This document shows positions 45,099-49,027 of a stretch of DNA of 49,027 nucleotides, in pieces. The position numbers and the translations under genes are program-made. Each line of letters opens with the position of its first letter. Position 1 is the first letter of the stretch. Source of the stretch: an uncultured Muribaculaceae bacterium (GTDB lineage Bacteria > Bacillota_I > Bacilli_A > RF39 > UBA660); contig CAZELY010000006.1 in NCBI GenBank assembly GCA_964513345.1, positions 1 to 49,027 on the forward strand, given 5' to 3'. The notes under the pieces were generated by a model that was not told where the DNA came from, searched no databases, and was given only the letters and a program-made list of their open reading frames with translations.

Positions 45099-46748
45099 TT
45101 ATTTTTGTAAAGCCATTTCAACTCTTTTTTTCATTCTTTCAATTCCTAATAATTTCATAATATCATATAGATCTGGTGTCATTGATTTAGTAGTTAAAGC
45201 TACTCTTAAAACCATACTAACATCGGTAATATTACCTTTATAATTATCAGGGTTTTCTTTGTAGGCTTTCATATCAGATGCATAACCTAGTTTTTCTGCT
45301 AAGTCTTTCATTTTATTAAACCATGCATCTTTATCATCATTACTATCATAATATTCATTTAAATACATATTTAGAATTTTTTCTTGTTCATCTTTATCAG
45401 TAATGCTTTGCCATTCATAATTTTCTGGTTTAAACAGTTCATCATACATATACCAAGTTTGATTTTTAACATCACCAAAATACGCAATATCTTTTCTTGG
45501 TTTTTTCTGAACTCTTTCAATGTTAAATATATTAATCGAATACTCTTTATATTTTTCTAATAAATTAGCAAATTCTTGATCATATATTTTTGCATAATCT
45601 AAGGCTAAGTCATATACCTCTTCAGCGGTTAATCGACTTATATAATTTTTAGAAATGTTTAAAAGTTTATCATAATCAAACATCGTACCACCAGTGCTCA
45701 TTTTACTAAATTCTAATTTGAAATCATCAATGTTTTGATACTTGTTTTGTTCAAGCCACATTTCAAAATTAGAATTGGCAACTGTTTCTAAATAAAGCAT
45801 AATTGCTTCATTTGGAATACCTTTTTCATGATAAAAACTAATTGCCGCTTCTGGATCTTTTCGCTTACTTATTTTTCTTCTTTTGCCATCCTCTTCTTTC
45901 ATAAGTGGGGAAATATGACCATATTTTGGAACTTTAAAGCCAAGCATGACAAATAGCTGAGTATGTAATGGAATACTTGGATACCACTCTTCACCACGAA
46001 GGACGTGAGTTGTATGCATTAAATGATCATCAACAGCATGTGCAAAATGATAAGTTGGAAGCCCATCTGATTTTATAATAATCGCATCTTGATCATTTTC
46101 AGGCATTTTGGATTTTCCCTTGATACAATCCTTGAATGTGAATTTTTTATTAAAACTTCCATTCGATTTTAATCTAATAATATATTTTTCACCATTTTTA
46201 ACTTTTTCAATTACTTCGTCCATTGTTAATTTTCGGCATCTTGCCCAATAACCATAATATCCAGTTCTTTCTTTCTTTTGAGTTTGTTTTTCGCGATCTT
46301 TAGCAAGTTCTTCTTCTGTACAAAAACATGGATAAGCTTTATCTTCAATAATTAATTTTTTAGCAAAAGCTTGATAAATATCTTGTCTTTCACTTTGGGT
46401 ATAAGGGCCATAATTCCCTTTATCCCCATCTTTAGTGACACCTTCATCAAATACTATATTAAATTTTTCTAAATCTTCAATGATAGTTTTTACGCCATCA
46501 TCAATTTCCCTTTTTTGATCAGTATCTTCAATTCTTAAAATACAAACACCATTAGTTTGTTTGGCCATTTTAATATTAATAAAACTTGAAAGCAAAGCTC
46601 CAATATGAATAAACCCCGTTGGACTAGGAGCATATCTCGTTACCATTGCGCCTTCTTTTAAATCTCTTTCAGGATATAAATTTTCATAATAATTATAATC
46701 GTGTTTAACATTAGGCAATAATAAATCTGCATACTCTTCTCTTGTCAT
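45099..46748 (-). CDS. gltX: Glutamate-tRNA ligase
   Basis: TRYAPSPTGFIHIG, LRIEDTD, GPYTQSER, RGEEW and KISKR motifs. Confidence 0.96.
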   Translation of the reverse strand: MTREEYADLLLPNVKHDYNYYENLYPERDLKEGAMVTRYAPSPTGFIHIGALLSSFINIKMAKQTNGVCILRIEDTDQKREIDDGVKTIIEDLEKFNIVFDEGVTKDGDKGNYGPYTQSERQDIYQAFAKKLIIEDKAYPCFCTEEELAKDREKQTQKKERTGYYGYWARCRKLTMDEVIEKVKNGEKYIIRLKSNGSFNKKFTFKDCIKGKSKMPENDQDAIIIKSDGLPTYHFAHAVDDHLMHTTHVLRGEEWYPSIPLHTQLFVMLGFKVPKYGHISPLMKEEDGKRRKISKRKDPEAAISFYHEKGIPNEAIMLYLETVANSNFEMWLEQNKYQNIDDFKLEFSKMSTGGTMFDYDKLLNISKNYISRLTAEEVYDLALDYAKIYDQEFANLLEKYKEYSINIFNIERVQKKPRKDIAYFGDVKNQTWYMYDELFKPENYEWQSITDKDEQEKILNMYLNEYYDSNDDKDAWFNKMKDLAEKLGYASDMKAYKENPDNYKGNITDVSMVLRVALTTKSMTPDLYDIMKLLGIERMKKRVEMALQK

Positions 46749-46826
46749 AATTTCACCTCTTTAACATTATCTAACATTTATTAAAAAAAAGCAATTAAAA
46801 CTTGAAATTTTAATCACTTCTTTATT

Positions 46827-48833
46827 TTATGGATTGGTTCCTCCAGAAGAACTTTCACCTTCTCCACCTTGATCAGATGGTGTAGTTCCGCCACCTTCTC
46901 CGCCTTGATCAGATGGTGTGGTTCCACCACTTTCTCCCCCTTGATCCGTTGGATTATCATCTATTGGTTCTTCTTCCTTAGGTTCTTCTTTCTTTTTAGT
47001 TTCCCCAGCTAATTTTATTGTAATACTACTTACATCTTCAACATTAGCTCCAGCTGGAACACTTTGTGAAATAACATTACCTGTTCCATTACCTTCTACT
47101 GTTACTTTTATACCATGTGATCCACAATAAGAATTAACATAGCTTAAAGATTGACCAGTGAAATTAGGAAGTAATGTTAATGATGATTTTGAAGTTTTAT
47201 CTTTACCAATAACTACTTCTTTATATGGTTCATTAATGTTAAACTTAAATGTTTTAACAGTCTTAGCTTTTTTCAATCCTAAATTTTCTTTCATGGCATC
47301 AGATACAGCTTTAATACTGTCATCATATAAAACATAATTATATAGTGATAAATTAATTCCGCCGTAGTCATATATTCTTTGACTATAGCCATTTAAATAT
47401 AATCTTTGGATACCAAGCAAAGTAGCCATATCACTCTTCTTAGATGCCTTAGAAGATATATCTTTAAAGACATTATATAGTGATAAAATTTGTTCAGTAC
47501 TCATATTAGTATTCATATTATTGCTTATGGTATCTAAAACTTCATGAATCGTATCTAAGCTATTAATTGTTTTTACTTTATTTAATAAAGCCATAATAAC
47601 TTCTTGTTGATGAAGTCCTCTAGTGAAATCATCGGCATTATAATTAGTCCATTTAGCAGAGCAAAAGCCTGGGTTTGGATGACGATTACGAGAATATGCC
47701 AAAGCTTTTTCACCATTCAATACTTGTTTACCAGCTTCAACAAAGACAGTGTTGCCTCCCCATTGACGACGGCTATTTTGTTCACAGAAATTATATGGGA
47801 CATCGATTTCTACGCCGCCAACTGCATCAACTAATTGCACAACTCCCCTAAAATTAATTTTAACGTAATAATCAATATCAATATCTAGGAAATTCTCAAT
47901 TGTTCTTTGCATGCAGCTTTCACCTTGCCAAGCAGCATGAGTAATTTTATTTTTCTTTTTATTAGCAAAACAGCTAATTGGAACATAAGAATCACGCGGA
48001 ATACTTAATATAGTCGTTGATAAAGTATCAGGATTAAAAGTAATTACCATAAGTGAATCCCCATTGAATGAACTGTTCGCAATACCTTCAGTTTCCGAAT
48101 CAACACCCATCAATAATAACGTAAATGGTTCAGTAATAGGTTTGGTTGATTTCTTTGATTTTTCATCACTTTTTTTCTTTACTTTTTTAGTTTGAGTATA
48201 AAGTACTTTGGTAGTATCCGCTAAGTCTTCATAACCATCAATACTACCATACATGATTGAATAATTTGTCGGCAAAAATATATATTTAATTTTACCATCT
48301 TTCAAGGCATCAATCATCGCAATAAAACTATCAAAACTTTCAGTTTTATTATTTAAATCTTTTTTATCAATTATTTCATTTGGAATAATAAATCCTTCAT
48401 AACTCGTTTCATCTTCCAAAATCCCTAAAGTTTCTTTTTTAACATCATCTAAAGATGAAGCTTTATTTTCTTTTAATGTAACAAGGCTAGATGAATATGT
48501 AATATAATTAGATGTCTTGGTAACTTTTTGAATAGAACCATATACTTTAGCAATGTTATAGCCAACAAATGCTTCTGCACCAGCAAATACTAACATTAAA
48601 ATTAAACAAAATATTAATTTAACTTTTTTATATTTTCTTAAGAATCTTAAACTTAAGCATAAAAACAACAAAGAAATTACGCCACTAGCTATCATTGCAA
48701 CAATTCTTAAAACATCTTCAATATTTTTAAGTAAAAGTAAATTATAAATTAAATATCCAGACGCTCCTAACAATGCAATTACAAATAGTAAAACTATAAA
48801 AAATAAAAATTTATGCTTAGTATACTTTTTCAT
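46827..48833 (-). CDS. LCP (LytR-CpsA-Psr) family protein with PASTA domain
   Basis: Three N-terminal TMs, LLMGVD, DSLMVIT, SIPRDSY, YSRNRH and RGLHQQ motifs; PASTA-like segment near the C-terminus. Confidence 0.92.
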   Translation of the reverse strand: MKKYTKHKFLFFIVLLFVIALLGASGYLIYNLLLLKNIEDVLRIVAMIASGVISLLFLCLSLRFLRKYKKVKLIFCLILMLVFAGAEAFVGYNIAKVYGSIQKVTKTSNYITYSSSLVTLKENKASSLDDVKKETLGILEDETSYEGFIIPNEIIDKKDLNNKTESFDSFIAMIDALKDGKIKYIFLPTNYSIMYGSIDGYEDLADTTKVLYTQTKKVKKKSDEKSKKSTKPITEPFTLLLMGVDSETEGIANSSFNGDSLMVITFNPDTLSTTILSIPRDSYVPISCFANKKKNKITHAAWQGESCMQRTIENFLDIDIDYYVKINFRGVVQLVDAVGGVEIDVPYNFCEQNSRRQWGGNTVFVEAGKQVLNGEKALAYSRNRHPNPGFCSAKWTNYNADDFTRGLHQQEVIMALLNKVKTINSLDTIHEVLDTISNNMNTNMSTEQILSLYNVFKDISSKASKKSDMATLLGIQRLYLNGYSQRIYDYGGINLSLYNYVLYDDSIKAVSDAMKENLGLKKAKTVKTFKFNINEPYKEVVIGKDKTSKSSLTLLPNFTGQSLSYVNSYCGSHGIKVTVEGNGTGNVISQSVPAGANVEDVSSITIKLAGETKKKEEPKEEEPIDDNPTDQGGESGGTTPSDQGGEGGGTTPSDQGGEGESSSGGTNP
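46861..46946 (-). repeat. 36-bp tandem repeat encoding PSDQGGE(S/G)GGTT
   Basis: About 2.4 copies with 36-nt period in the LCP gene 3' end. Confidence 0.85.
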
Positions 48834-48943
48834 CTAAACTCCTCCTTGATACTGTACTAAATATTATAACTCAAAATAATTTTTTTCACAAGAGCCTAGC
48901 TCCTTTTTAATTAAATCATATAATAAAATATAAAGCAAATTTA

Positions 48944-48972
48944 TTGACAATATTATTTTTTTATATTACAAT
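48944..48972 (+). promoter_or_regulatory. sigma-A promoter of tRNA-Cys
   Basis: TTGACA-N17-TACAAT. Confidence 0.85.
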
Positions 48973-48986
48973 GTTATTACTTACAC

Positions 48987-49027
48987 GGGTCCGTAGCCAA
49001 GTGGTAAGGCATGGGACTGCAACTCCC
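48987..49027 (+). tRNA. tRNA-Cys(GCA), truncated by window edge
   Basis: GGGTCCG-TA-GCC-AAGTGGTAA-GGC-A-TGGGA-CTGCAAC-TCCC, anticodon GCA. Confidence 0.9.

Noticed and set aside
35589-46830. T-box leaders for argS or gltX
   Set aside because: The upstream intergenic regions are about 10 and 80 nt and contain no TGGNACC motif.

Overview
Low-GC, genetic-code-11 Bacillota (Bacilli) chromosome segment. The reduced housekeeping set, residual sporulation genes and many short membrane-anchored hypotheticals suggest an RF39-like gut lineage (inference only). Core content: tRNA-Ile/Glu/Asn cluster, yqfC-yqfD-vanZ-ybeY-dgkA-(hyp)-era, mraZ-rsmH-ftsL-PBP, prsA, rpoZ-recX, ssb, sufU-sufB, spoVS, trxA-trxB, rubrerythrin, a SipW/TasA-like fibre cluster, argS, tex, dinB, gltX, an LCP protein, two tRNA-Gly genes and a partial tRNA-Cys. 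Strongest unexplained signals: (1) two integrase-less ~1.1-1.3 kb cassettes at the 3' ends of two different tRNA-Gly genes. They share a left end (23/24 nt), a cargo promoter block (75/82 nt) and a right arm (61/66 nt) containing a dif/lox-like dyad, and each carries a different member of a variable membrane-anchored surface-protein family. (2) A complete Asn-specific T-box riboswitch whose first downstream gene is tRNA-Asn itself. (3) A coiled-coil gene bracketed by a 5' attenuator-like leader and a ~220-nt structured 3' RNA. (4) An operon of two apparent pseudoenzymes (Pdp-like and ADP-ribosylglycohydrolase-like) beside a cI/Cro-like switch. All alignments and folds were done by eye; no database searches were run.
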